A model generated the notes under the pieces. It saw only the letters and a program-made list of their open reading frames with translations. It was not told the DNA's origin and did not search any database. From a virus (taxonomy: Duplodnaviria > Heunggongvirae > Uroviricota > Caudoviricetes), in IMG/VR virus record IMGVR_UViG_3300017705_000602: a stretch of 64,000 bases of DNA. One strand, written 5' to 3'. The position numbers and the translations under genes are program-made. Of the stretch, positions 19,504-28,818 are shown one piece after another. How positions within the stretch are numbered: the first letter of the stretch is position 1; every line of letters begins with the position of its first letter.

Positions 19504-19707
19504 ATGTCAAATGCAAAAACTTCAAACTTAATCTTTAGTCGTCGTCTAGGCGAAAGTGCTATTGTAGGTGAAGGCGCCAATGCGGTAACAGTTACTGTCG
19601 TTGGTTTTCAAGGCAACCAGGTCAAACTAAGCTTTGCCGCTCCACGAGGCGTTGCAATTGATCGCGAAGAAATTCGCAAAAGAAAACAAGAATCGCCAAT
19701 GTACTAA
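19504..19707 (+). CDS. csrA: carbon storage regulator CsrA/RsmA homolog
   Basis: LIFSRRLGESAIVG...VTVVG..GNQVKLSFAAPRGVAIDREEI. Confidence 0.9.
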   Translation: MSNAKTSNLIFSRRLGESAIVGEGANAVTVTVVGFQGNQVKLSFAAPRGVAIDREEIRKRKQESPMY

Positions 19708-19731
19708 ATTGTACGGCATCTCCAAGTTTCG

Positions 19732-19761
19732 AAACGCACGTATATAACGTGCGTTTTTTTT
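19732..19761 (+). terminator. intrinsic terminator
   Basis: AAACGCACGT-ATATA-ACGTGCGTTT plus T-run. Confidence 0.8.
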
Positions 19762-19831
19762 GACTTAAAATCCTTTTACTTCTGTTTCTCTTGTGTTACT
19801 ATGTATGCATTGTTTATTAAGGACTATGCAC

Positions 19832-21253
19832 ATGAGCACAGAAACCACACACACAGTTCATTTCAGTGTACACGGCGATTTCATAACCGATCACTTTCGC
19901 AGTTTGGTTCGCGAAGGCAACTGGAGAAAAGCACTAGAGGACACCATGGACTCACTCATTGGCATGACCCGCGAATACGCCGAAATGATTCTAACAGGCG
20001 AAGCCAAACTCGAAGGTGTTAACACAGTTGATCTTGTTGAGGATGATATTCATTCTGATAACAACTGGGTTTCAAAACAGTACTATGTGTACACCAGTCG
20101 GTTGTTTGCATACAATAGCAAGTTGTATCTTCCTTATCGCGAAGTCGATGGCCTCGATTCCAACGATGCACAAAAAGCAATGGACTTGTTCGGTTGGTCT
20201 GCTATTCCATGGCAAGAAGATCAGCAGTTACAATTTACACAGGACAGACTCAAAACGTACATGAATGACCCGAGTGATGATATAGCAATATACAACACTG
20301 ACGGATCGTGGATGCTATGCAAAGAATCAATGCCAGACTATCCTAGTTGGCTTACTCGCAAACAATTTTTCGAAATGGTACAGGCAAACACACCCGACGA
20401 TATTGAAGACAGAATCGAATCGGGCTCGGATGTGTTGATTGACAGAGAGTCCCTTGTACACAAAGACACAGGCAGTAACAGCATAGTCGATACGTTTTTA
20501 GAAAACATGGAAAAGTCAGAACATGCACACAACAATATCGATTCGCTGAAACAAAAGATTAAGCAACAGGCAGACAAATTAGGAGGCTGGATAACACTGC
20601 GTGACAAGCGAGCCAAGCAGTCTTACACCATTCCTAAAAATCCATTCTTGCGCTGGTGCCTGTCAGACAATCCGATGTACAACACAATTGAATGGCCTTG
20701 CGTTTCACCGCAGGGCATGAAAATGGGCGGCGATGATCCTAATCACACTGATTGGTGGCTGTTTACTGAGTTGCCAATTGATCAAGCCGAAAATCATGAT
20801 TCTCGTGCATGCAAGTTTTTCTTTCAAGAAAGGCATCGTATGCACGAGGAAATAACTGGCTCGAATATCAAGTGTCTCATTGACAGCGGTCACAAAGGAT
20901 TAAGAGATGGACCGGTAGTATTCTTTAATTGTGCAAACGAGCATCCAGTTCCGCATAACAGTATCATTGTAATACCGAATGCATCTCCTGATTTTGAAAT
21001 GCTAGCAAAGAAAGCGTCCGAGCAGAATTGTATAGTTATAACCGAAACAGGCGGAGCGTTATGTCACTTGGCAACAGTAGGACGCGAATTTGGTTTGCAG
21101 TTGTACCTGTTGCCTGACGCTAGACGTATACTAAAAGGCGCTGTTATTGCGTCTGTAAGCACCAGCACAATGCAACTAACTGTTAGCGATTATAGCGGCC
21201 ACGAGCTAGAGATGTTGTTAAAGCGCAAAATGACAGGCATGCACTACAAATAA
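19832..21253 (+). CDS. protein with C-terminal PEP-utiliser mobile (phosphohistidine swivel) domain
   Basis: IVITETGGALCHLATVGREFG resembles GGxxSHAAIxARExG. Confidence 0.65.
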   Translation: MSTETTHTVHFSVHGDFITDHFRSLVREGNWRKALEDTMDSLIGMTREYAEMILTGEAKLEGVNTVDLVEDDIHSDNNWVSKQYYVYTSRLFAYNSKLYLPYREVDGLDSNDAQKAMDLFGWSAIPWQEDQQLQFTQDRLKTYMNDPSDDIAIYNTDGSWMLCKESMPDYPSWLTRKQFFEMVQANTPDDIEDRIESGSDVLIDRESLVHKDTGSNSIVDTFLENMEKSEHAHNNIDSLKQKIKQQADKLGGWITLRDKRAKQSYTIPKNPFLRWCLSDNPMYNTIEWPCVSPQGMKMGGDDPNHTDWWLFTELPIDQAENHDSRACKFFFQERHRMHEEITGSNIKCLIDSGHKGLRDGPVVFFNCANEHPVPHNSIIVIPNASPDFEMLAKKASEQNCIVITETGGALCHLATVGREFGLQLYLLPDARRILKGAVIASVSTSTMQLTVSDYSGHELEMLLKRKMTGMHYK

Positions 21254-21285
21254 AACAGCATGGTATTCATACGATAAATACATAT

Positions 21286-21621
21286 ATGAATACAAAGCCA
21301 TTACACCCATTGACCACTGTTAAAGATGCACTTCGTGCAATTTCGGAGAACCGAGTAGTACCTGTTTCGAAAATAGGAGAGTTTTACTATCGCCTGTCCG
21401 ACGACGACATTGAACTAGGCAATTTAATCTATACTCAGTTCACACTGGATCGAGTTCCAGTGAAATCATGGAGAGTGCGTTACGCAACTTACCATACTAT
21501 TCATCAGGCTATTGCTAACCCGTTGCCGCGTGGCGAACTCAGTTACTTAGCACACACTGAACTACCACAAGATCTAGACCTAATCATGACGGTTGGTCAA
21601 ATCTTAAAGGGCTACTCCTAG
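21286..21621 (+). CDS. hypothetical protein
   Basis: 111-aa ORF after TAAATA. Confidence 0.65.
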   Translation: MNTKPLHPLTTVKDALRAISENRVVPVSKIGEFYYRLSDDDIELGNLIYTQFTLDRVPVKSWRVRYATYHTIHQAIANPLPRGELSYLAHTELPQDLDLIMTVGQILKGYS

Positions 21622-21682
21622 GTCGTAATGCTTGTTTCTTTGCTGTATACTTCTTGTATATTGTTTAGAGGAATAAGCACAC

Positions 21683-22066
21683 ATGACACCACAAGAAGCA
21701 TACGAAAGTATCAAACAAACCCACCGTGGCACTCACATTCGCGATTGGATTTCTAAATTCAATGTGATCAACGATGCCAGTGTCAAATTGTTATCGACAC
21801 TGACATGGTCGTTCATGCTTGCATCGTTAGTTTCAACCATATTCGGCTTTAATGCGCTGATGGGTTTTTTGCAAGGCGCTTACCAGAAAGAAGTAGATCT
21901 AGGTAGTCTTATTGTTGCATTATTGTGTGCATGGTTGTGCGGCAAGTTTGACAAAGGTCTTCATGTAGTTAGAATTGATGCCAAGTTCAAGCGAGCAGTC
22001 GGCGAAGACAACATCAACAAAAAGTATCTTGAAGTTATTGATGCATTTTCCAAAGACAACACTTAA
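21683..22066 (+). CDS. membrane protein
   Basis: Two hydrophobic segments, SD. Confidence 0.7.
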   Translation: MTPQEAYESIKQTHRGTHIRDWISKFNVINDASVKLLSTLTWSFMLASLVSTIFGFNALMGFLQGAYQKEVDLGSLIVALLCAWLCGKFDKGLHVVRIDAKFKRAVGEDNINKKYLEVIDAFSKDNT

Positions 22067-22128
22067 TCGTTGACAATAGATGCACTTCTGTTATACTTAA
22101 CACAACTAAAAGAAACAAGGCGAAAACT

Positions 22129-22305
22129 ATGGCAAGTTACAAATCGTGCGTTGAAAACTACTGCAAATGGTGCATCTATGATCCGGTAGTCGAAGGTTCT
22201 TGGCGTAAACAAGTTACCGAATGCGGTGCTACAGACTGTCCGTTGTACGAAGTTCGACCAAAGACAATGGCCGAAATCGAAAAAAATCGGAAAACAAAAA
22301 AGTGA
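22129..22305 (+). CDS. small Cys-rich (putative Zn-binding) protein, 58 aa
   Basis: Manual translation with CKWC...CGATDCPL; TTGACA/TATACT promoter upstream. Confidence 0.7.
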   Translation: MASYKSCVENYCKWCIYDPVVEGSWRKQVTECGATDCPLYEVRPKTMAEIEKNRKTKK

Positions 22306-22312
22306 AATCCGA

Positions 22313-23146
22313 TTAATATTCGACACGTCGGTAACCGTTAATTTCAGCTTCGGCATAATTCATAACTGTGCTACGATTTATGCCGAAGTGCCTAGCTATT
22401 TCTGTTGCTCCGGCACCATTTGGAAAACCAGGCGCATAGTATCTCCAGCTCTTTACATTTCTTTTCGATGAGTTCTTCGGGACTTGTTCGTTAGTGTTAG
22501 CATTATGTGCTGTCCAATTTTTAAATTTCGGGTTAGCTGATTTGCATCGAAACATTAATGTATGCTTGTTAATGTTAAACTTTTCTATCGCTTCCTGTAG
22601 TGTAAGATTTTCAGCTTCGGCGATCGTGTAAAGAAAGTTTGTACGAGAAGTAGCCTTTGGTTCTACAATTGCCGGCTTTAGTGGTTGTCCAGTATCTTTA
22701 CAGACTAAAAACCAATTTTTCCACTTTTTTAATCCGCTGGCGCATCGATTATATATTGTCGTAGGATGAACACTGTATAATAAGGCGGCGGTACCCACGA
22801 GCATCTCGCCGGATGGAGTCGATATTAAATAAGTAGCCTTTTCGTATGCGGCACGATAACGAAGTTCTTTATAGATTTCTGCATCTATCTGAATTTCACT
22901 AAAATCGCGACCTGCTGTCATTGCATTCCATGCTTGTGCTAGTTTACCGTTATTCGGATTATCTATTGCGAGATAATAATGTGCTTTGTAATGATCTTCG
23001 GGTGTTAAATGTACTAAGTTGTCCTTGTTGTTGCTACCGCCCATGCATCTTGGGATAATATGATGGATTTCGTATATTTGAAATGGGTTAATTTTAGCTC
23101 GTTTAGCGTTTTCTATTAATTCTAAATATTCGGTTGACTTTTTCAT
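22313..23146 (-). CDS. HNH homing endonuclease (free-standing)
   Basis: EIHHIIPRCMGGSNNKDNLVHLTPEDHYKAH plus repeated HTH-like C-terminal modules; opposite strand to neighbours. Confidence 0.85.
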   Translation of the reverse strand: MKKSTEYLELIENAKRAKINPFQIYEIHHIIPRCMGGSNNKDNLVHLTPEDHYKAHYYLAIDNPNNGKLAQAWNAMTAGRDFSEIQIDAEIYKELRYRAAYEKATYLISTPSGEMLVGTAALLYSVHPTTIYNRCASGLKKWKNWFLVCKDTGQPLKPAIVEPKATSRTNFLYTIAEAENLTLQEAIEKFNINKHTLMFRCKSANPKFKNWTAHNANTNEQVPKNSSKRNVKSWRYYAPGFPNGAGATEIARHFGINRSTVMNYAEAEINGYRRVEY

Positions 23147-23308
23147 GTATTTATTTATCATCAGTAGCGTAAACAAGCCGAACTATGCGGTTTAAAAAAT
23201 ATATAGATTTTTTTAAAATAATGGTTGACGTTGTTTCTGAAAGAATCTAATATATAGACACTGCAAAACACATAGCAGTTTCAATCACACACAGAAAAGG
23301 TATATATT

Positions 23309-23656
23309 ATGTCACAAGCCGAAAAGAAAGATCGAGTTACTCTTATGTCACAAGCCCGTGGTATGTTCAGCAATCAATTAGGTCGCTGGGCTAAAGGTGA
23401 GTTCAAGGAAGAAAAGCGTCCTTATGGCGCATTCCGTAAACAACTGATCAGTCAGTTCAAAGAGGATTTGGAAGTATCTACCGCATCGGCAGCGACTATG
23501 TTTAACAACCTTCGTAAAGAAGCGTTAGCAAACGATCCTGATTTAGTGTTACAACGTGATCCAAAGATTGCTCGAGTCAAGTCTGATCGCAAGCCTGGAC
23601 GTCCTTCGAATGCCGAAAAGCAAAAAGAAGAACAAGGTGAAGCACAGTCTGCATAA
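23309..23656 (+). CDS. putative helical DNA-binding protein
   Basis: FRKQLI...STASAATMFNNLRK, similar to 60691 gene; own promoter and terminator. Confidence 0.65.
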   Translation: MSQAEKKDRVTLMSQARGMFSNQLGRWAKGEFKEEKRPYGAFRKQLISQFKEDLEVSTASAATMFNNLRKEALANDPDLVLQRDPKIARVKSDRKPGRPSNAEKQKEEQGEAQSA

Positions 23657-23677
23657 TCGCAACCTGTACGATCAAAG

Positions 23678-23702
23678 AAAAGGCAACTTCGGTTGCCTTT
23701 TC
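23678..23702 (+). terminator. intrinsic terminator
   Basis: AAAAGGCAAC-TTCG-GTTGCCTTTTT. Confidence 0.85.
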
Positions 23703-23789
23703 TGTTATTTAAAATATCAAAAAACAGTTGACACAGGTGCGCTTCTTTAGTACTATTACACTACACAGACACATACACACAGGTGATTT

Positions 23790-24044
23790 ATGTCAATTGA
23801 GACTTATGTATTTTTAGGAATTGCAATTGTTTTTTGGTTGTTCATGGCGTTGAAACATCCGTGGGCAACACTGGTTTGCGTTGGGCTAGCATTTGTTACA
23901 CCTGACACCCATATCCTGAACGCATTGCTCGGATGGACTGTGTTTGCCGCACTGTTCGTAACCAGTTTCGGTAGGCATGTGTTAGGCGGTTTCATTGTTG
24001 GCTTTGTAGTAAACATGTTCATTACGCACATGAAAAAGTCATAA
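23790..24044 (+). CDS. membrane protein
   Basis: Hydrophobic 84-aa ORF with promoter. Confidence 0.7.
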   Translation: MSIETYVFLGIAIVFWLFMALKHPWATLVCVGLAFVTPDTHILNALLGWTVFAALFVTSFGRHVLGGFIVGFVVNMFITHMKKS

Positions 24045-24089
24045 GTATTTTAAAGCAGAGCAAGGAATTCTCTGCTTGTCATCAAGGAA

Positions 24090-24569
24090 ATGAACATGAA
24101 AAAACTAGTTATAGTACTTGTAACAGCATACATTGTCTTTACTACTGCAATCACATACGATACTATGTTCCGTGGTACTGCACAAGAACAGCCGCAACCA
24201 GACCCACAACCAGTTTCGATCAAGAACTCGCTTTCAACCGATAGTCCCGAGTCAGTAGGAAACGGAATTGCAATTGTTATAGTGGTATCGTCTTGGTGTG
24301 CCGTTGACCAAGACGATCCGTACATAGAAGCAATCAGTACCGAAACACTCAAGAATTTGCTTACCTTATCCGAAAAAATGAATACCGGTTCTGTTAAAGG
24401 TTTCGAAAGCAAACAAATTGCACAAAATGTTAAACAGGGTATCGCACGAATCTCAGTTGCGATTGAAGACAAGCCCGAAATCATGAACAGTGCATGCAAC
24501 CAAGCAACCTTCACTGAAATCAATCGCTTTTTGTCCGAGCTGTCAAGATCAATTGCATACTTCATTTAA
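24090..24569 (+). CDS. exported/membrane-anchored hypothetical protein
   Basis: N-terminal signal-like sequence. Confidence 0.7.
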   Translation: MNMKKLVIVLVTAYIVFTTAITYDTMFRGTAQEQPQPDPQPVSIKNSLSTDSPESVGNGIAIVIVVSSWCAVDQDDPYIEAISTETLKNLLTLSEKMNTGSVKGFESKQIAQNVKQGIARISVAIEDKPEIMNSACNQATFTEINRFLSELSRSIAYFI

Positions 24570-24608
24570 TAGTTGCTTTTTGTGTAAAAGTATAGTAAGC
24601 TTTATGCA

Positions 24609-24878
24609 TTGAAAAACTGGCATAAGGAGCAGCCATTGTCTTACATACACCCGCCGATGTATCAGCGTATTATATCGGCTATTAACACTGCAACAAACAG
24701 CACACAGGAACAGTTGTTAGCACTTGCAAAGCGCCACGAACGATCATCACGTGACATCACTGTGGTTACAGGGCACGCAGTTATTGTGGAATCTGGCACA
24801 GTAAATCTAGAACTAGAATACGAATACTTTGTTGACGAACGTCGGCAATTGGTTAATGTTGTGCTGGTACCATTTTAA
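24609..24878 (+). CDS. hypothetical protein
   Basis: ORF; true start probably TTG after AGGAG. Confidence 0.55.
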   Translation: MKNWHKEQPLSYIHPPMYQRIISAINTATNSTQEQLLALAKRHERSSRDITVVTGHAVIVESGTVNLELEYEYFVDERRQLVNVVLVPF

Positions 24879-24890
24879 AAAGGAAAATAT

Positions 24891-25154
24891 ATGTTTATTG
24901 TTTTACTAACTATTGTGGTTAGCTTGTGTCTGAACTATCTGCTGGTTACCGGGCACGAGCGCCTGCTAACTGAATCAATTGCTCGAGGTTCAGTATCTGC
25001 AAAACTGCTAAAAGACTCTCCGGTTATCATGACCGCATTTTCTATTCTGCTACCTGCTGTATCGGTAGTGTCAACTGTGTGCGTACTTGTATTTTTAAAA
25101 TGCTGGTTACCATACGCAAGAGATCTTTCTTGCGATACAGAAAAAGATAGTTGA
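24891..25154 (+). CDS. membrane protein
   Basis: Two TM segments. Confidence 0.65.
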   Translation: MFIVLLTIVVSLCLNYLLVTGHERLLTESIARGSVSAKLLKDSPVIMTAFSILLPAVSVVSTVCVLVFLKCWLPYARDLSCDTEKDS

Positions 25155-25207
25155 CCTTTAGGTGCATGATGTTATACTTTTAACATGGTTTAGCGAAAGG
25201 TGGCATC

Positions 25208-25525
25208 ATGCAAATAAAAGAATCCATCGAAGTACCAAAAAATTCAAAGCTACATAACTCGATACATCGTGGATACCGGTACGTAGACAAAGCCGACGCA
25301 TGGTTTTATTCTGGCGTGACTCGCCTGAGACTGAACGCGCATGCGACCAAATGCTTTGATCATGCACACCATTTATTTCGCAAACTCATTGCCGAAAACA
25401 AGTTAGAAGACTGGGATCACTGGCGCATTGGCATAGCCGGCGGGAACTGTTCTAACGGAGATTTCTACGCAGGCAGGGTAACCTTTATTTTTACAAAACT
25501 CAACAAGGAGCAAGATAATGAGTAA
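25208..25525 (+). CDS. hypothetical protein
   Basis: 105-aa ORF with SD. Confidence 0.65.
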   Translation: MQIKESIEVPKNSKLHNSIHRGYRYVDKADAWFYSGVTRLRLNAHATKCFDHAHHLFRKLIAENKLEDWDHWRIGIAGGNCSNGDFYAGRVTFIFTKLNKEQDNE

Positions 25526-25781
25526 CAAATGGAAAGTTCTAGCCGGTGTGCTAGTTGTTTTATTATTGTCAGGCTGTGCTGACTCAGTTTCGTTTGAGCA
25601 AGCCGCAGAAATGACCGAGGTTGGTTTCTGGCATGGTTTCTGGCATGGTTTAATTTTACCAATTTCGTGGATTGCATCATTGTTTTCGGACAGTGTGGCA
25701 ATATATGCAATCTATAACTCCGGTGGCTGGTATGACTTTGGATTTTTTCTAGGCATCGGTACTTTATGTGCATCAAGTTAG
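25518..25781 (+). CDS. membrane lipoprotein-like protein
   Basis: Lipobox LSGC; GFWHGFWHG...WYDFGF. Confidence 0.75.
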   Translation: MSNKWKVLAGVLVVLLLSGCADSVSFEQAAEMTEVGFWHGFWHGLILPISWIASLFSDSVAIYAIYNSGGWYDFGFFLGIGTLCASS

Positions 25782-25788
25782 GACAATT

Positions 25789-26820
25789 ATGAAATATTTA
25801 CGCAGAGGCAATGACGTCGACTTTATCGAGACAACCGATTTAGCAGTAACAGATCAGTTGGCAATTGGCACTTATCAGTTGCGATTTTCGGATATGAGAG
25901 GATATTATCTTGAGATAGTTCCGAACTATCAAGTAAAGCAACGTTTGTATGGCAATGCACAAGAAATTGCCGACATGATATTCAATGGTTTTGTTACACG
26001 CAAGGCTTCGACTGGTGCATTGTTGCACGGTTACAAAGGCACTGGCAAAACAAACATTGCAAGATTGATCGCCGAAGCGGCAATTGACAATCACACACCG
26101 GTAGTGGTTATCAGTGAACAGTTCGAAGGCGCGGACTTTATGTCAGTGTTTAACAAGCTGCCTGAATGTGTAATAATTTTCGACGAGTTCGAAAAGACAT
26201 ACGGAAGGCATGAACAGCAAGGTCTGTTGTCTTTGTTTGACGGCATGAACAGCACCAAGTTCTTGTTCTTGCTCACAGTTAACAACTACTTTGCACTGGA
26301 CGAACACTTGATAAACAGACCGGGCAGGTTACTGTATTCAATCGAAATGCACGGACTGACCAAAGAAGTAATTCAAGAATACATCGATATTAACCTGGAG
26401 CATCCGGACTTGGCAGACAGTGTGCTACGTGCATTCTCTGCATTTGGTGGTGTAACATTCGACATGGTCAAAGGTGTAGTGGACGAAGTCAATCGTACGG
26501 CACGACCGGCAACAGAATTACTCGAATATCTTAACATTGACATCACTGGCGACAAGTATGTTCAGTATACTGCAAAAATTGTTAAAGGTACAAAAGATTA
26601 TCCGAACAATGTGTTGCTGGATGACAACCCACTAGGCAAAAAGCGTGTCGATATATGGTTTGAGGAAAAGACAAAAGACGGTTGTGAATATCACGAATTC
26701 ACGCTGGACCTGAGCAACTTTACTGATATCAAAGGTGAGAATATTGTGTTCAACAAAGATGGATACACTGTTTCGTTTTCGCCAGTTATTAGCAAAGCAT
26801 TTCACCCCGACGCAGTATAA
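25789..26820 (+). CDS. AAA ATPase
   Basis: HGYKGTGKT, IIFDEFEK, NRPGR. Confidence 0.88.
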   Translation: MKYLRRGNDVDFIETTDLAVTDQLAIGTYQLRFSDMRGYYLEIVPNYQVKQRLYGNAQEIADMIFNGFVTRKASTGALLHGYKGTGKTNIARLIAEAAIDNHTPVVVISEQFEGADFMSVFNKLPECVIIFDEFEKTYGRHEQQGLLSLFDGMNSTKFLFLLTVNNYFALDEHLINRPGRLLYSIEMHGLTKEVIQEYIDINLEHPDLADSVLRAFSAFGGVTFDMVKGVVDEVNRTARPATELLEYLNIDITGDKYVQYTAKIVKGTKDYPNNVLLDDNPLGKKRVDIWFEEKTKDGCEYHEFTLDLSNFTDIKGENIVFNKDGYTVSFSPVISKAFHPDAV

Positions 26821-26832
26821 CGGAGCCACACC

Positions 26833-27156
26833 ATGAACATCAGTAGCGAACCGACAGATTTTTATTTCTATTCGTTCACCGACCGGCGTTGTATTATTCA
26901 GCGCGAGGAGCGAGAGCAACATGCATGGAAACTTGAATACGTCGGTGACGCTGCCGATCAAGATGGACTGTACGCAAAGGTCACCGATCCTTACGAAACT
27001 ACTCGTTACATTGTGACCACTGCTTTCGGCAAAGAACACGATCGCGAGAAAGTGGAAAGCCGTGAGCTGATCAGTTTGCACAGTGCAATAAGCTGGGCGA
27101 GCTTTGTGCAAAGTCAAAATTCGAAAAAGACTGTATCGGTTTGGAGAATCTGTTGA
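26833..27156 (+). CDS. hypothetical protein
   Basis: 107-aa ORF with SD. Confidence 0.6.
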   Translation: MNISSEPTDFYFYSFTDRRCIIQREEREQHAWKLEYVGDAADQDGLYAKVTDPYETTRYIVTTAFGKEHDREKVESRELISLHSAISWASFVQSQNSKKTVSVWRIC

Positions 27157-27206
27157 CACAGATACTGTTTCTGCTACAATAGTCACAAAGCAAGGTGGTA
27201 TTAATT

Positions 27207-27458
27207 ATGTTCAAGCAACATCATTACAAAGTAATAATTGCTAGTTTAGGTATCCTGGTAGCGTTGTCGGGTTGTGGCAAGCAAGAGCAGAATGACGAAA
27301 AACAAGTTGATACGCGCCCTGTACTGACAGTGACTCATTTTGTAACACCCGAAGGACTTGAGTGCGTGTCTATTAAGCCGCGCTTTAATAGCGATCCCGA
27401 AGGCATCAGTTGCAACTGGGCCGACTGGGTTTGGCGAAGAAATAACGGAAAATTATGA
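27207..27458 (+). CDS. lipoprotein
   Basis: Lipobox LSGC. Confidence 0.7.
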   Translation: MFKQHHYKVIIASLGILVALSGCGKQEQNDEKQVDTRPVLTVTHFVTPEGLECVSIKPRFNSDPEGISCNWADWVWRRNNGKL

Positions 27459-27823
27459 AACACAAAATGTATTGCATTTTCGCAAAAGAAAGTGTAAAAA
27501 AGATGAACGGTATACGCGGTAAAATGTGTACACAGGCAGGGCATGCATACGTGCATACGCTGTTACAAGCACAGCAAGACTGGCCCGAGCATGTGCAAGC
27601 ATACTTAGACAGCGGGCATGCGTACAAAATAACGCTCATTGTTGATACAGTTGCACAGTTAGAAGCATTGCAAAAGGCCTATGTCAACCAATGCGGAACA
27701 AAGCTAGTAACCGACAAAGGCTTTACTGTGTTCACTGAACCAACTACAACCTGCTTGGGCATTGGCCCAATCAGTGAAGATCTTGTTGGTGACGACTTAC
27801 AAAACTTGAAAACTTTTACGTGA
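27455..27823 (+). CDS. pth2: peptidyl-tRNA hydrolase, Pth2 family
   Basis: GKMCTQAGHA, KITL, DKGFTVF..PTTTCLGIGP. Confidence 0.85.
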   Translation: MKHKMYCIFAKESVKKMNGIRGKMCTQAGHAYVHTLLQAQQDWPEHVQAYLDSGHAYKITLIVDTVAQLEALQKAYVNQCGTKLVTDKGFTVFTEPTTTCLGIGPISEDLVGDDLQNLKTFT

Positions 27824-27830
27824 GGTTAAC

Positions 27831-28169
27831 ATGCAACACTCTATTATTTTCACATTTGAATTTGTAAACGAAGAGATAGAAAATAGCGATGGTGATTCGC
27901 AAGTTACAACGTTTTCATTAACTGCAAACTTCCCTAGCCCGATTAGAATCGGTGATATTTCAACTGAAATTGCAAAGTTTGCTGAGAAGTCCGAAGAAAT
28001 GTTTAATGCAGTACATGATTTTTCAGCTTCGGACCCAGCACATATTGGATATACTTCGTACGAAGTTGAGCCCGACGAGTACGACACTCTGTTTCACGGC
28101 TTTGTTGCATGGTTTTATGGCTATGGTGCAGACGAAGTGCATGTTGAAAAAGGTGCGGCGGTCTGCTGA
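27831..28169 (+). CDS. hypothetical protein
   Basis: Acidic 112-aa ORF. Confidence 0.65.
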   Translation: MQHSIIFTFEFVNEEIENSDGDSQVTTFSLTANFPSPIRIGDISTEIAKFAEKSEEMFNAVHDFSASDPAHIGYTSYEVEPDEYDTLFHGFVAWFYGYGADEVHVEKGAAVC

Positions 28170-28235
28170 AATATTTGTTGACAGATAATACGTTTTTGTA
28201 TACACTGTAAGTCAATAAACAAAAGAGAACACGAT

Positions 28236-28727
28236 ATGGATTTTATATTAGGACTGATGCTTACGCCAATCTTTGTTGGCGCATTGTTTTTATTTGCGGT
28301 TATTGCCGATCATACTGAACACGAAGGCTGGGCTTCATTTATACTGCTTTCATCATTTGCAATTCTGTACCACATATTCAAAATTGATTTGGTTACAATT
28401 GCATACGGAGCCGGTGCGTGGATTGTAGCAGGTGTAGTGTACTCATTTGTTAGATGGATGTACCAGTGCAATCGGGCAGCCGGCATGTACGAAGCCAAGT
28501 CAATAGACAAATACCGAGCACTGGAAATGACTGACATTGCCAGGAACAAAGGCACAATCACATACTGGGCATTTGCTTGGCCAATAAGCTTGGTGTCCAC
28601 AGTTCTTACCGATTGCTTGTCGTGGATGGGCAAATGGTTACACTTTGCGTTTGGTAATGCATTTAGATGGGCAAGTGACAAATCACGTATGCGCATTAAC
28701 GATATTGCAAACGACAGAAACGATTGA
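28236..28727 (+). CDS. membrane protein
   Basis: Multiple TM segments; TTGACA promoter. Confidence 0.7.
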   Translation: MDFILGLMLTPIFVGALFLFAVIADHTEHEGWASFILLSSFAILYHIFKIDLVTIAYGAGAWIVAGVVYSFVRWMYQCNRAAGMYEAKSIDKYRALEMTDIARNKGTITYWAFAWPISLVSTVLTDCLSWMGKWLHFAFGNAFRWASDKSRMRINDIANDRND

Positions 28728-28818
28728 GTCCTGGGTCCAACTAGGAACGAAAGCCGCTGATCGGTTACGTTGAATTGTGCTAGACAGTTCGGAAACTTGC
28801 GGTATCTAGCAAACTTTA

